Shown here: positions 48,185 to 62,900 of the stretch, one piece after another
Layout: each line of letters begins with the position of its first letter
Position numbering within the stretch: position 1 is the first letter of the stretch
Assembly: GCA_001687465.1 (NCBI GenBank)
Contig: LVLI01000279.1
Span: 1 to 64,000 of the forward strand
DNA length: 64,000 nt
Direction: 5' to 3'
Source: Halocafeteria seosinensis
Taxonomy: Eukaryota
The notes under the pieces: generated by a model
What the model was told of the DNA's origin: nothing
The model's database searches: none
The model's input: the letters and a program-made list of their open reading frames with translations, nothing else
Translations under genes and position numbers: made by a program

Positions 48185-50430
48185 CTACACGTTTCCTGCT
48201 GAAACAGGCCGAAAGGCTGAACTGCTCGAAACATGGAAAGACTTTTGCCTGCTGAACCGAGAAACTGTTTTCGGTCGAGCTGGTAGAGAGAAAGATTGAT
48301 TAGCCTGCTTTCTATCGCCAGACGATTCATTTGTGCTACTATGTATAGTCCACTCTTCTACTACTCGTGGTATTTCGTCTTCGGCGGGCGCTGATAAGGT
48401 TTGATCTTCTGGGATGCATTCTCTCGCTTCTCGCAACTCATAAGTTTCTTCTTGGTCGGAGCTTGCTACGGCTTCTAGTGAGCGTTGACTATGCAGATGT
48501 TCCAAAGTGCTTACTGCTCTTGCGTCCCCAATTGTCGGAGCTGTGTTTAAGGAACTGTGTTCTGCTTGATTTGTTTCATGGTTATCCGCTTCGACTTGCT
48601 CTAGGGGCGGCTCAGCTGGAGATCTCGAGCTAGAAGACGTGAACTGCTCTCCTGTGTTCTGATTTGTTCCATGTTTATACGCTACGACTTGCTCTAGAGG
48701 CGGTTCAGCTGGAGATCTCGAGCTAGAAGACGTGAACTGCTCGCCTATCTTCTGTAATGGAGTCACTTCCTTGGAAGCTGCTTCCGTACCGCATTTACTG
48801 TCTTCCAAGGTTGTGGTTTCTTCTGGTTCTTTGCGCCTCGTGACCCCATACCTAATGTCGTTATTCAATCGACGGCGGAGTCTTTCTAGTGTGAGGTCTA
48901 TTTGGGTAGGAAAGTCAATCTCACTTTTTATTGGCTTCTCTGAATCAGTGTCATTTAGCTTTTCTCGCTGTCTGCTTTGCTTACTGGGCGTTCGGTGCTT
49001 TTTTGGAGAACCCCTAGACTTCACCCTATTCATCCTTCCGGCAGTTTCTTCTTTGCTTGAGGGCAATTCCTGACTCTTGCTTGGAAAGTAACTCTCATTA
49101 GCTGACTGCAGCCTCTTGGAAGTACTGCTTGATCTTCCCTTTTTGTGGTGTGCGGGGGTTTTGTTTCTTCGACTCGGCGGGAAATTTTCCCATGCTGACC
49201 TTGTTTGCAAACCTACGTCGTACATAGATAAGTCATGGTCACTTCTTATTATTAAATGCTTGCTGCGATTTTCTTTCCCACGGCGAGGTTTCGAAGGAGG
49301 ATTACCCTTTTCTTCTAATCTTCCCCCCGTTACAGACACCCCGTTTGGATGACGACGTTGTTTCGAGGAAGAGTGGTTGATTGACGCTGAAGCTGCCCCT
49401 CGCAGTGGAGAACCTTTGAGCGCTTGTTGGCGCAAAGCATGCTGGTATTGCTTTTCTCTGGCTTTGGTTGCTTTCACTGCAGTAAGCTCGTTTTGTTGTG
49501 CTTTGCTGCGAGTCGCGGAACGGGCTTGTTGGACATGGTCCTTCGGCGATTTATACCATGGCGTACTCTCCAGAATTGATCTTGGAATGTTAAGCCTTAA
49601 ACTGCATTTTACAAACCACACATAACACGAAACCCGGCGCTGACATTCTCCACGTGACTTACTCGAGTATGAGCTCTATGTCGCTTTTTACAAACGAGCT
49701 TCTCGGTATTTCCGCTAAACGGATCTTGAATAGCTTTTCGAGTTTTTTATCATTCCTATCTGTCTGAATGTTGATCAAGAACTTTTCTTTGGACGTTTTA
49801 TCAGAAGTATACACGAGATTGCACAGGATCTCGATCATTTTTGATACTACTTCAGAGGTAGGCGAAAAGAAATGTACAAGCCCTCCTTGCATAAATCCCC
49901 CGAACAGAATCGTGCAACATCGCCTAAATATACTGCGCGATCAGTTTTATGAAAGTCATAGTGCAACCTACTCATGGTACGAGTGTCTTTCAACGGCTTA
50001 CATTCTAGGGTTAACAGGGGGACACTGATATAAGTGCCGCGATAAGCCTTTCAATAACTGGAGCTGCACACGGAGCACCACAACCAATGTTGCCGAGTAA
50101 CAGGAGGGAACACCGCTGGACCCAACTTCAGGCATACCTTGAACAGCCTGTCTTTTTCCTGATTCCCCAGCTGTACTTTCCAAGATTCTTGATTTGGAGC
50201 TGATACAGCGAGAGAGCGCTTTAGTTCTGCCTTCGGTGTCGTATGTATTGTCAGCCTGTAGGTGCTTGAGTCGCCACGAATTACGGTACTGCAGACGTTA
50301 GTGCAACTTGTGCCATTCGCTCTTACCTATCAAGAAACGTCTGCGTAGTTTCGTCGATTGAGAGACTCTTCTTGTATCCTGTTTCCAGTTGCCCTGAGAC
50401 AATGTCTAATAAGTCAGATGAGCCCGACAT
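48185..50430 (-). CDS. Hypothetical protein with helical N-terminus and long low-complexity C-terminus; ~5 exons
   Basis: Frame-consistent GT-AG joins MSGSSDLLDIV...FLDR|LTIH...RLFK|LQLLKG...|IFRRCC...ELIL|LRLNIP... into ORF 48185-49621; no recognised domain. Confidence 0.6.
48592..48745. repeat. Two copies of a ~60-bp coding repeat at 93-bp period (GEQFTSSSSRSPAEPPLEQV)
   Basis: cgacttgctctag...gtgaactgctc at 48592 and 48685. Confidence 0.9.
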
Positions 50431-51048
50431 TATTTAGGTTTTCAGTTTGCTGCAGGAGTCGACTTCAACAAACTGCAAAGAAATGCTCAAGTTTATCCAA
50501 CACTCCTTTCACTAATTCGTGTCCAAGTAGTATTGACTGTAGATTGGTTCCAGAAGGGAATTCTATCTTCGCGGCAGCTGCCGAGTAATGTGACAACCGG
50601 CTACAAACACAGACTTTTGGCGATTCAGCGCGCCATAACAATACTGCCTACGTTTTGTGAAGTTCGCCTGCAACGTGGTTAGATTTCCAACGCCCGTATC
50701 TGGTTACCTCTGGTATTTAGAACACCACTGGTACACCAGAGAATCGCTGAAGAAGAGATGTGTTATCAATTTTACTAATAAGCGTGATATTTGTGCCCGG
50801 AGGTGTTCATTCATTTGTGTAAGGAATCAACACACACTGAATTCGTGTGAAGACTGGAAATTTGGAAGCGCAGTTATATGGCTTTTTACCATATCTTCTA
50901 CCATCAGAGGTAAAGCGAGCGGCCAACAGCTCTTACATTGCCTCGTTTGCTTTACGAAAGGATCTAAATTCGTTGCCGGATATTAAGACGAAGGAAAGAT
51001 TGTCGCCTGCAGCAGCCACCTTATGCCCTGCAGTAGAGGCAGAACAGG

Positions 51049-51092
51049 TTTGGGGACGATATTAGGCTCATTTGGGGACGATATTAGGCTCA
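51049..51092. repeat. Perfect 22-bp tandem duplication just upstream of THOC5
   Basis: tttggggacgatattaggctca x2. Confidence 0.95.
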
Positions 51093-51112
51093 TTTAACGC
51101 GATAATAGTACG

Positions 51113-53649
51113 ATGAGTAAGAGTACACGGGGAAAAAAGTCTTCCAACGGGGATAAAGCATCCCCTGGAGGGAAGACTGAAGAAGAGGGCAAAGGAAAGG
51201 CGATAAAGGAGTGTCTGCAGCAGATCCGAGACAATGCTCGACAGCTTTATAAGCTGAAACAGCAGCCGAAGGGCGCTTCTCAGGTAAGTTTTATGTTTTC
51301 TCATGCTTCCATTTCTTCCTTACAACTGAATGCTAGTGGTGCGTGAAATTACAGGAGTCTATCGCTAAGGAGGCATCTCATGGGATACGGCTCTTCTCGA
51401 AACTAAAGCAGATTAATCGAGATATTTTGATGGAAAACGAAGCCCAGCGAGAGAATGTTGGTGATGAGAAGCAGTATACGGATGACTGCGAACTGCAGCT
51501 TGAAAATCTACAGTATGAAGAAGCTCACCTGCATGGGGAAATTAGAAAATGCACAGAGTTCCCAATGCCTTACTTTGAAAACACGGATCTTGTATCTGAG
51601 AAGGAAATGCTCCAAGCCAAACCGGAAACAAAGGAGCAAGTCAAACAACTGGAGGACTTCCAGAAGAAGCATAAGATGTTAATTGAACGTCTACAGCATG
51701 AACTGGAGTTACGACAAGCTATGGAGGAGAAAATTACACATACAAAGGGGGTGAAGAGTGAAGTAGAGAAACAACTGGAAGAGAAAAACCAACTGATCAG
51801 TTCTCTTCCCGAGGAAATCGAAAAAGTCGAACAAGCTACGCTAAATCTACAAAAGCAACTAGGAATGGAATCAACCCAAGCGATTGCTCAGGCGGGACAA
51901 GTGAAGAGTCTTCCCCGGCCGCTATTCGTTCTCTTCCGTCAAATGGAACACGCAAAGCAACAACTGAGCCAATATATGAATTATGGGGTCCCTGATGTGA
52001 AACGAGTGGTCGATAAAATAATGGAGAGCCTCAAGAGGTACATCCAGGATTTTTCGATGTCTGTGGATATTCAAGACTCCTCCACTGCTACGATTCAGAA
52101 AAAGCCTACTCAGTTTTCACCATTTTTGAATAAACGCACAAATGAATCGGATAGTGCTGCAAACAACTTTCCTAGGAAAAGACGAAAGATGCAGCATCAG
52201 TCGCATGCTCAGGAGAGTAATGGCAATAGCAGTCTTCCCAAGAGTACTTTGTCACATAGCCCGGAGATGGAGCTTGGAGACGAGAACGGTCCAACTGAGG
52301 AGTCCCTGGTCGATTTCCAGAGCCTGTTTAAACCGGCTGAAAAATGCGTTGTTGTACAAATTAAATGTAGAACTAGTGATGCAAGCTATCTGGCGGAGAG
52401 AATTCGGTTCCAGTATCTACCCGCCCTTGAAGTTGTCACTGTGGAATGTCTCGATTCATCCACTAACTCAAAGCTGAGCAATTTATACCCAGGCGACAGT
52501 GGTATCGAAACACCGACACTGCTGCACCGTGTGCTAGGGCAAGATGGAACGTCGCACCTGAATGAACTTTTGACGTTTCCGGACGAGATTCGGGCTCGCC
52601 CCTTTCACTGGGCGCAGTGGCTGTGCGGTATTTATTCGGCAAAAACTGGGGACGCCACAGAAGACATCGTGATGGCATCTACGCTTGACGTACTACACCG
52701 TATGATCTGGCGAAATATCAACTCCGACTTCTTCGAGAAAGAGTGTAATCAGCTGACCAAGCGTGTAGGAGCGAAGACGACTTTGGCAGATCCGATAATC
52801 CCCTTTAATGTATTTACACAAAGAAATTCATGGGAACCGGAAAATCGACAAAGCAGCGACAATTCGACTTTCGCTAGAGCCGGTGCCGTAGGCTCTGCCG
52901 AAATGGTCGATTTTTGCTTAGTGAGCAAAGGCAGTGATATTTTCTTCAACACGGAAGATAAATACCCTGGAACGTTAGAGAGCATGACAACTCTTGATGA
53001 TTACTTTAGCTCCAAATTTGACTTCAACGAGAAGAGACGAGACATAGGAGCCAGGCTGTTGTCGTTTGTTCATTCTGTTGAGACTGCAGCATCTGAGTTA
53101 GCTCTCAGTAACTATGGTGGCACAACTAGCATCCATGTAAGTGACGAGGAAGAAAAACATGTCGTGGCAGACAACGAAAACGAAGAAGCAGCAGCAGATC
53201 CCACCTTGCAAGTGTCAAAGGGTATGATTGAACATTTGATTAATTCCGCCTCCAACAATAAATTTGTGGATTGGAGATTTGCCCGGCCGAAGTATGTGCG
53301 TATCGCATATCGCCTTGACTCGGAAGTGGTCCAGATGCTTCTACAGATTCCGTCGGAATATCCCGTGAGACTTCCACGAATTTTGTTTCACCGTCTCCCT
53401 CCGAATACCGAGTCATACAAAGCAATTTGGCTGGACGATCACACAAACGACGTCCCCGGTGACTTGAGACACATGTTCAAAAAATTTGGCGACGATTTGC
53501 TTCGTGAAACGATCTCGGCCCTTCGTAAAGATGAGGGAAAACAGCTTCATCCCTGTTTGTTGTCTCGCTTTATTAGTTTAGTTCAGTTGGGTCTTCCTAC
53601 CCTATACAAAGCTATTGACACTCGATATCAACCCACTAACAGTTCTTAG
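51113..53649 (+). CDS. THOC5: THO complex subunit 5; 2 exons
   Basis: LKQINR, LQLENLQYEEAHLHGEIRKCTEF, HKMLIERLQHELELRQ, LPRPLFVLF, FQYLPALEVVTV, LYPGDSG, RPFHWAQWLCGI, IPSEYPVRLP; intron ~51284-51353. Confidence 0.9.
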
Positions 53650-53952
53650 AGAGTCGGTCCAAGTGGAAGTCAACTTGCTGGCAGCCTGGGACCTTTGAAG
53701 CCAGTGTTGAAACTTCAAGTTCGCTCAACTTGGGCAGTATTGTAGCAACAGATCAATAGTATGCATTCTCTTATTATTCTTTTGCTCCTATTAACATTTA
53801 GCATATACAATTACGAGTTTGGTTTCTACGTGTGAAAGCAACACAACTTCGCGGGGAATCTCCAACTTCAAAACACTTGGCCGAAAGCTATATGGTTATT
53901 TATACTCCCCTAGCAACAGAAAGGGGCATCATAGGGGCAATTTCAGGGGACT

Positions 53953-56900
53953 ATGAGTGCTCGGATTGTCCTGGTAATTTTGGGGATACAGTACGTGTTG
54001 CATTTGAAACGCTTAGTGTTTTGTAGCACGTTGCCACCCTTCACCACTTCTATTCATTGTCTATGTGGCATGTACAGTTGTCTACTGGCACTCTTGCCCA
54101 ATGGAAGAGATGATACAACTATATTACAAGGTGTTGCCGCCAATGGGACTGCAACGAGTACATTCTCTGGAACTCCTACACGAACACCGAGTGGTTCACC
54201 ATCTTCAAGCGCTTCAGGTACGTCATTTATAAAGTCCCCCTTCATACGTTCTACTTTAAGTTCGACAATCTACTCCTTTATTTTCGCGCTGCAACAACGA
54301 CTACAGCCACTCCATCAGGATCTTTAACGTCCACTGCTACCGGCACATCCTCAGGAAGTAGTACTGGGACACCCACACCGTCCAGCACACAGAGCCCACC
54401 AAGAAGCGCCACGCCATCTCGTTCTGTGACTTCTTCTTCCACTAGCACGGCTAGTGGTTCAGTAACTACAAGTGTCTCTGCGACACTCACACCGTCAAGC
54501 ACACAGAGCGCAACAAGAAGCCCCACTCCATCTTGTTCCGTAACCTCTTCTTTCACTAGCACGGCTAGTGGATCAGTTACTACGAGTGTCTCCAGTTCGG
54601 TCACAGCAAGTTCCTCCCCCTCAACTAGTTCGACTCACTCTCCAACCACTACAGCTACCAAGTCCAGCAGCCCGACGGGATCATCGACCAGCACAGTCAC
54701 CGGAACAGTAACTTCTACTGTCACCTCGTCCTCTTCACCGACTGCTTCCCAAACTCTCAGCGCTACTCCTTCCAGCAGCCGTACACCAACTCCGTCGAGG
54801 AGCACGTCCGCAACTTCTTCGGCAACATCCACTTCGACGTTTACTCCAACCACCACGGCTTCAACTACGCAGACATCGACGCCAAGTAACACCGCCTCTC
54901 AATCACCAACAGCTTCAAAGACTGCTACAACTTCTGTAACCGCAACATCAACCCCGTCGGTATGTCCTTGCCCGGCTGGATACAGATGCGAATTTGGGAT
55001 GAAGTTCCTCTGCGAGGACGGAGAGTATTCCGGGATGGGAGACACATCTTGCACCAGCTGTCCTGCAGGACACAGTTGTCTTTCAGGGATGGCTCATCCA
55101 GGTGAGTAGCTCAACTTGTGAAGTCTCTTAATGTTATCAGGATCATTAGTTCACGGGGTTCTCTTTTCGACAGAATTGTGCCCCAATGGTACCTACTCAT
55201 TGCATGCCCAAGGTTAGTGGCTTCTTGCGTAACCGATTATATCCTGTAAAACATTGTATTTGATTGTTCAGGGTTTTGTATATCATGTCCATCTGGTTTT
55301 AGCTGCCCACAGCCTAATGACCCCCCAATTGAATGCCCGAAAGGCACGTTTAGTTTGGTGGGAAGCAAAGGGTGCAGCAACTGCCCACCTGGAACATATA
55401 CAAGCTCAGGCGGATCTAATGCATGCTTTCCTTGTCCACCTGGTTTCTCATGTCTAAGGCCTGATGCCGATCCTCTCCCCTGTCCTGTAAACATGTTTTC
55501 TACTGGTGGTAGAAGTTTGTGTGAAGCATGTCCGACTTCACTGGAAGCACTACAAGGAAACAACAGTATGGGACAGTGTGCTCCTTGCCCCGCGGGTCAC
55601 AGTTGTGATACGTCATTAAATCCTGAACGATGTTTCCACGGATGGGTCTCAGAGGTCGGCGATCCAACTTGCCACCTTTGTAGGAATGGGACATTCCCGA
55701 ACTTCGAACAATCGAGATGCCTGCCATGCGTGCCTGGGTATCATTGCCGAAACCTCCTTCCGGAGCGCTGCCCTCCTGGGTTATTTGCTTCAACACACAG
55801 CCAGAGAACAGAATGTGATCTATGTCCTATTGGCAAGTTTTGTCCAAATTTTGGTACTGCTTTCCCTCTACAGTGTCCAAACGGAACATACTCAACTGTT
55901 GCGTCGATTGAATGCACTAACTGCGCCCTTGGTTTCGAGTGCATTGATCCTACTGACCTTCCGAGACCGTGCGATGTAGGCCAATACAGTATTACCATTG
56001 ACAATGGCTGGACGAAATGCCTCCCTTGTCCAGCGGGATTCGCGTGTCCAATGGCCAAGACACTTCCTGAACGATGTCAAGCAGGTAAGACGCATGCTAT
56101 GTTCAATATAGCATCTCAACGAAAAGTCTTGTTCTCCTCACAGGAACTTATTCCCTAGGAAATCAGACAGCGTGCTCCCCATGTAAAGCGGGATTTCAGT
56201 GTCTATCAACATCGCAACCACCTCTTCCATGTCCCCTCGGGCATTTTTCCTCCAACATGTCCCAGAACTGTTTACCCTGTCCACTTGGACACGAATGCCC
56301 TGATCCTTCATTGGCCCCAAGGAAATGTTCACCTGGATACACGGCTATCTCACAAGGATCCACGAGTTGCCATGTTTGTCCTCCCGGTATGAATAGAATC
56401 ACGTTTCCTCCAAACCAGACGTCATGTGTCCACAGGTTCTTTAAAACTGCAGGCAGCGAATGTCCAAACCCCGATCAACCACCGCGTCCCTGCCTAAGCG
56501 GCTCCATTGCCGGATCCGATAGACTTAGTTGCATTGACTGCCCTCCTGGATTTTCTTGCCCCAACAGTACTCTGTCTGAACCGTTGCCATGCATTGCAGG
56601 AACGTACTCACTCAGCAATCAAGCAATATGTCACGTCTGCCCGGCTGGTCATGGTTAGTAATTGTATGTAATATTCATGGTTCCTTGGGGATATAACTGT
56701 ATGCTTGATTCAGAGTGTCCTTATACCACTAGGAATGTGGTCCGTCCATGTCGAGAAGGCTACGCTTCCGATGCCGGTGCAACTACTTGTTCCCCGTGCC
56801 CCGTAGGCTATAGTTGCCTACAAAAGATCTTAGCATTGGCCTTACCTTGTCCTGAAGGCACGTTATCACCTTCGGGCTCGGCAGAGTGCATAGATTGTCC

Positions 56901-59900
56901 CGTTGGGTTTGAGTGCCCGGATGCCACAGGACATGGGTTGACAGCTTGCCCTCAAGGATTCTTCTTCAATGATAGTTCCTGTTCGCTTTGTCCAGCAGGT
57001 GAAATATGCTCAGATCCGCTCAAAGCGGGTTTCAGCGGGAGCTGTTCGGCTATCGGGGAAATCTCTGGAAGTGGCTCCGCTGTTTGTAATACGTGTCCGG
57101 CCGGCTACGACTGTACTAAAGGAAATACGCTTCTGTCGATTTCTCGTTGTAATGATGGAGAGTATACGAGGGACCCAGACGAAGGCTGTCTTTCCTGTCC
57201 GACCGGATTCCAAGTAAGACTTTGGCACGAGTAATGTCAGGTTTGGCTCGACTGTTCTTGACATGCTACTACAGTGCCCAAGTGTTGAGCGCTCGCCTGA
57301 AAGATGCTCTCCTGGAACATGGTCTCCTGGTGGACAAAAACAGTGTTTCGAATGTCGTGCAGGGTACTATTGCCCTTATCCAAGGGCAGACGCTGAAATT
57401 ATTTGCCCTATCGGATCGTGGAGCACTGTAGGCATGGACTCCTGTAGCCTATGCTCCCCTGGAAATTTGTGGTAAGAGTTGATGACTCTTCGTTTGATTA
57501 CGATATGTCATAATTTTAAGAGAAGTGCAGTTCTGCAGGTAGTACCTCTCCTTCCGCAAATGAATCGGAGTGTCGTGTTCCAATGGGAATGTATTTCTCT
57601 CACGGTACACTGGAGAATATGAATGGGGTAGAACTGGATCAAACTGGGTCATTATGTCCACCTGGAACTATCGGCGTGCAAGCATGTGGAAGCGAACTTG
57701 GATCTGCTTGTGTCAAATGTCCAGCGGGGGAATTCTGCTCAGGGCCTGGAGCATCGACCCTGGATGATCTTAGTCTTGGCATCCGAAGGGGAGTGTGTCC
57801 GCAAGGCCACTACTGTCCTCCAGGTACTAGATCAGCGAATGAATTTCCTTGCCCTTCAGGAACTTACGCGTCTACTGTCGGCCTAAGTTCTATTCAACAG
57901 TGCGCGCTCTGTCCAGTGGGGCATGTTTGCAGCAATCCTGGGCAAATCTTTCCTGTAGAATGTCCATCAGGAAGTTTTTGCGACCATTCTATCCATCCTA
58001 GTCAGTCTACGGCATGTCCAGCGGGGACATTTAACCCGATACAGGGATCAAATAGTTCGGTTGCTTGCAAACGTTGCCCTAAAGGGCATTTTTGCCCTGT
58101 AGGCTCTTCCATACCAAGTGCGTGCTCCATGGGAACTTATCAACCTTCCGAAGGAGCGATGCTTGTCACTCAGTGCCTTCCTTGTCCCGCTGGATTAGCA
58201 TGTCCCAATACAGCAACAATTCTACCAAACGCAAGCTGTTCCCTAGGTCACTACTGCCCTCCTGGTACATCATTCCCAGATCAGTATGCGTGCCCTCTTG
58301 GAACGTTTTCAGAGCAAGGTAATCTAGAGCATATACAGGGATGTCAAACTTGCCCGGGGGGAGAAGTGTGCGAGCGTGGAACAGGTTACTTGGGGAAAAA
58401 GCCGCTACCCTGTGCTCGTGGTCACTATTGCCCCAGTGGAACAGCAAACCAGTTCGATTTTCCTTGTCCCCGTGGAACTTACACCTCGCGAACCAATCTG
58501 AGCTCGTCTGCAGAATGTACAATTTGTCCAGCTGGATCCTTCTGCAGAATCGGCAGTGCTTCGCCATCTGGAACCTGCTCGAAAGGTTTCTACTGCCCAG
58601 CGGGAAGCAAGCAGCCAACTGAAGTGGCATGCCCTGCTGGTTCCTTCAGTAACGTTGAGGGAGCCACGGATAATTCTACATGCTCTCTGTGTCCTGCTGG
58701 TTCCTATTGCCCAAGCGGCTCTCTTGCTCCGTCGAGTTGTTCCCATGGAACGCACTCACAAGCAGGAGCTAAAGAAAGTTCAGATTGCACGGTCTGTGCC
58801 GCCGGAACAGTCTGCTTGCAGTCAGCTGTACGCTTACAGACAGAGCCAACGGTCTGTCCCCCAGGGACGTTTGGGATAACAAAAGGAGCAAAATGCTTCC
58901 TCTGCCCAAAAGGACACTTCTGCCCAACTAACGGTACAAGCGCTGCCGCGATGCTCAATAATACTTGTCCATCGGGGAAATATTGCGATGCTGGCACGGT
59001 TGGGAACTCTGTTACACAGATACGTAACTGCACCCTCGGTTTTTACTGTCCTCCTGGGACTCGCCATGAGCAAGAGTGTCCTCCTGGCAGATACTCTCCT
59101 ACAAGCGGACTTGCGACTTGTGTCCCTTGCCCTCATGGGACTTACTGCACAGGTGGCAAGGCCCCAACAGTAACTGGAAAGTGCCTTAATGGATATGTTT
59201 GCCCTCAAGGATCAACCAGCAATACACAACAGACATGTCCACTGGGAACTTTCACAAACAGCAGTCAACTTCCAAGCATTGAGCACTGCTTGCCATGCCC
59301 AGCAGGGTATTTTTGTGATACGATTGTCCCACGGATATGTCCGTCCGGACATTATTGTCCCCGCGGAATGGATTCCCCGCTGAAGTGTCCTGTAGGAACG
59401 TTTAGCTCCAGCTTGGGTGTTAAGTCCGTCAGCGGTTGCATGCTTTGCCTTGGGGGCAAATATTGTGATACTACCGGCGCTACGCATGTTTCTGGAAGGT
59501 GTCATGATGGCCACTACTGCGAGAGTGGCTCAATCACCCCGGAGCCATTCTTGCAAGAGCACGTTGCCGGTAATGGGAGCGCTGGAATTTGTCCTAAAGG
59601 AGCGTATTGCGAAGTAGGCACGACACTTCCTATTCCTTGCCCCCTTGGAACATTTCGCAACGTTTACATGGGACGGTCTTTGTCAAGCTGTATTCGCTGT
59701 TCTCCAGGCTCCTTCTGCAACGCCACGGGTCTCATTTTGCCATCAGGTCTCTGTTCACCTGGATACTATTGCAACGGAAGCGCTACAAGTCCGACCCAGC
59801 ATGTGTCTCATGCTGGGTTCTTTTCCGTGAAAGGTTCAGGGAGTGAGATTCCGTGCGTACCAGGGACATTCTCGCCGAGTGCTGGGAGAGAAAAATGCTT

Positions 59901-62900
59901 GACTTGTCCTAGCCGTCACTATTGTCAAGATCGAGCGACGATTGTTCCCTCGATTTGTCCACAGGGAAAATATTGTCCTAATGGAACCGTTGTTCCGGAA
60001 TTGTGTCCTGTAGGCTCTTTCAATCCCCACTATGGGGCAGGCGGATCTGAAAACTGCATAAGCTGCTTGCCGGGTAAATTTTGTGAGAGTAGCGGCCTGG
60101 TGCTCCCCACAGGAAACTGCTCGGCAGGGTTTATCTGTCGAGACGGATCCACTGTACCGGACCCGATTGGAAGTATCTTCAGCGGAATAAATAGTGGAGA
60201 GTGCCCAGCAGGCAATTTCTGCCCGGCAGGATCCACAATTCCTACCCCATGCCCTTTGGGATTTTACCAACCTTTTAATAGAAAAGAAAGTGAACGTGAT
60301 TGTATCCCCTGCCCCCCTGGTCAATACTGTGATAGGAATGGAACGGTTTCACCGAAAGGATTGTGCCAGGCTGGTTTCTTCTGCGGGTTGGGCGCAACGC
60401 GGAAGGACCCTGATCCTCTGGGTCTCCAAGCACCAGGGAAAAACACAACGTGTGCTCCCTGGACGAATGCATTTGAAATTGACTTCAGTGCTCCAATACT
60501 TCAAGTAAATGGAAGATGTTCCCCCGGGTTTTTTTGCCCCGAGGGAAGCCGTTACCAATCACCGTGTCCTCCAGGAACGTATCAAAACTCCAGCGGCGCA
60601 GTATCCTGTGACGTCTGCCCCGGGGCATTCTACTGCCCAGAGAGTGGCCTTCGATCTCCCGTCGAATGTCCATTGGGAGCATACTGTCCTGAGGGCGTGA
60701 GTATGTATGAACGTTGCCCTGTTGGCACCCTAGGGCTCAACGTTGGTTTGAAGCGGCGAACCGACTGTGAACCTTGCTTGCGAGGCTCCTTCTGCAATTC
60801 TAGCGGCATCGCAAGGCCAAGTGGTGCATGCAAGCAAGGCTACTGGTGCAGTGGTGGATCCATCGACATGTTTGGATCAGTTGTTGGAAAAGGCCGCAGT
60901 TCATGTCCTGCAGGTTCTTTCTGTCCAATGGGTGCCACGAGACCCGTGAAGTGCCCACCAGGCACATGGAATAATGTAACTGGAGCGACAACATTGTCTG
61001 ATTGCCTTTTGTGTCCACCGGGGCACTTTTGTCCAACCTGGGGAGCTGAGTCTCCAAGCGGTCTGTGCCTTCCAGGCTACTGGTGTAAACTTGGAGCTCA
61101 GTCGCCTGAACCTTCTTCGAGAATTTTCCCCGAGATGCTCAACGGTTCTGCCGCAAACACAGGGTTTTCTTCTTTCATCGCAAACACATCCGTGCCAGTT
61201 GAATTACTATGTCGCTGGCTGACTAACTCAAGCTGTTTCTCCAGCAGCTTGATTAACTGTATCAACGAAGTAGGTGGATCCCTTTGCCCCGAAGGGCATT
61301 GGTGTCCTGCCGGTACTCAGGTTCCGATACCATGTGCCGGAGGCTCGTTCGCTGGTAATAAGGGCCTAGGTGTCCCTTGCAGTGTGTGCCCCCCGTCCGT
61401 GTTTTGCCCAATGGGATCGTCTTCGATACTCCACAACCGGTGTCCTGCGGGACACTACTGCCCGGAAGGTACTGCTCATGCGCAAGAATTCCCATGTCCC
61501 GCTGGGACTTTTCTTCCTAGTGGCAACCATAGTTCCAAAGACCAATGTATTGCCTGCTCTCCTGGAAAATTTTGTAACGGGACTGGATTAACTGAGCCTA
61601 CTGGGAACTGCACTGCTGGATTCTTTTGCCCTCTTGGTTCTAGACTCCCCAACGAAGAAAGAAATCGCTGCCAGAATGGTACCTTTTGTCCCGAGGGAAG
61701 TGCGAAGCCGCTCATTTGTCCTGGAGGTCATTACTGTACTGGAGGAGGTACTCCTGCTGGGCTGTGCTCGGCTGGCACATTTTGTTTCCAGGGTGCCTCG
61801 TCAAAATATCCACCAATAAATTCTTTGGGGGGCCATAGTGTTTGTCCGGCTGGATTCTTTTGCCGCGAGGGATCCACACTCCCTGCACCATGTCCGGCAG
61901 GCACATTCAACCCTGTTAAGGGAGCGGCCGATAACTCATCGTGCATCTGGTGCCCTCCTGGGTTATTCTGTAACGACTCTGCCTTATCAACCATTGCAGA
62001 AGTTCTGCCTTGCCCTTCCGGATGGTACTGTGCCGGAAGCGGACGTCTTAATGCTACAGGTCCAGAACGAGCTACGCCAAGAGTGAGGATATGTCCACTA
62101 GGGCATTTCTGCCCAGAAGGATCTAGTTTTGGCGTTTCGTGTCCTTTAGGTACCTTCCAGGACAAAACTGGCAGTAGTAATTGCAAGGCATGTCCGTCAG
62201 GATACATTTGTGATGATAGTGCTGGGACCATTGTTCCACAACCTTGTCCACGTGGAAGGGTTTGCGAAGCTGGAAGCTTTATGGCAACAGCGTTCCAATG
62301 CCCTCCGGGGACCTTCTCCAATGCGACCGGTTTATCTGCTCTGGGACAATGTGAGAAATGCCCACCAGGGAAATTTTGCTCTGGTCATGGTAATACACGT
62401 CCGACTGGTTCCTGTGACGAGGGGTACTGGTGCCTTACAGGGTCGTCCAGCGCTAGACCGAGCAATCAGCTTCAAATACTATCATCGAACCTCTGTGGTC
62501 AGGACCGTTGTAGTTTTGAACGGTTCGCAAACGTTACTGTAGTGCTAGAGGGGTACATTTGTCCGCAGGGTCAATACTGTCCGAAGGGTATCAAGCAGCC
62601 ACTACCATGTCCCGTGGGGACATTCTCTTCACACGTGGGTATATCTGTGGCCTCCAATTGCACACCATGTCTTGAAGGCACACACTGCCCAATGCCAGGG
62701 ATGCTTGAACCATTACGTTATTGTCCTGGTGGTAGACTATGTCCCCGAGGCTCTGGGCTCAATCTCCCACTGTGTCCCAAAGGTCACTTTTGCCTGAACG
62801 GCACCCTTCAACAATGCCACATTGGCCTCTTCAGCAACAAATCTGGCAGCGCAGCATGTGACGAATGCCCTGCAGGAACAGTATGCCCCAACGAGGGAAT

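Noticed and set aside
21823..53649. Functional cluster of RNA-metabolism genes (ZPR1, CCCH, UPF2, NUFIP1, tRNA, THOC5)
   Set aside because: Interspersed with unrelated genes in mixed orientation; consistent with chance in a compact genome.
57686..57886. Apparent frameshift or ORF gap in the giant Cys-rich gene
   Set aside because: Recounting the G-run at 57726-57730 keeps frame +1 open (PAGEFCSGPG); the ORF is absent from the track only because it has no stop inside the window.
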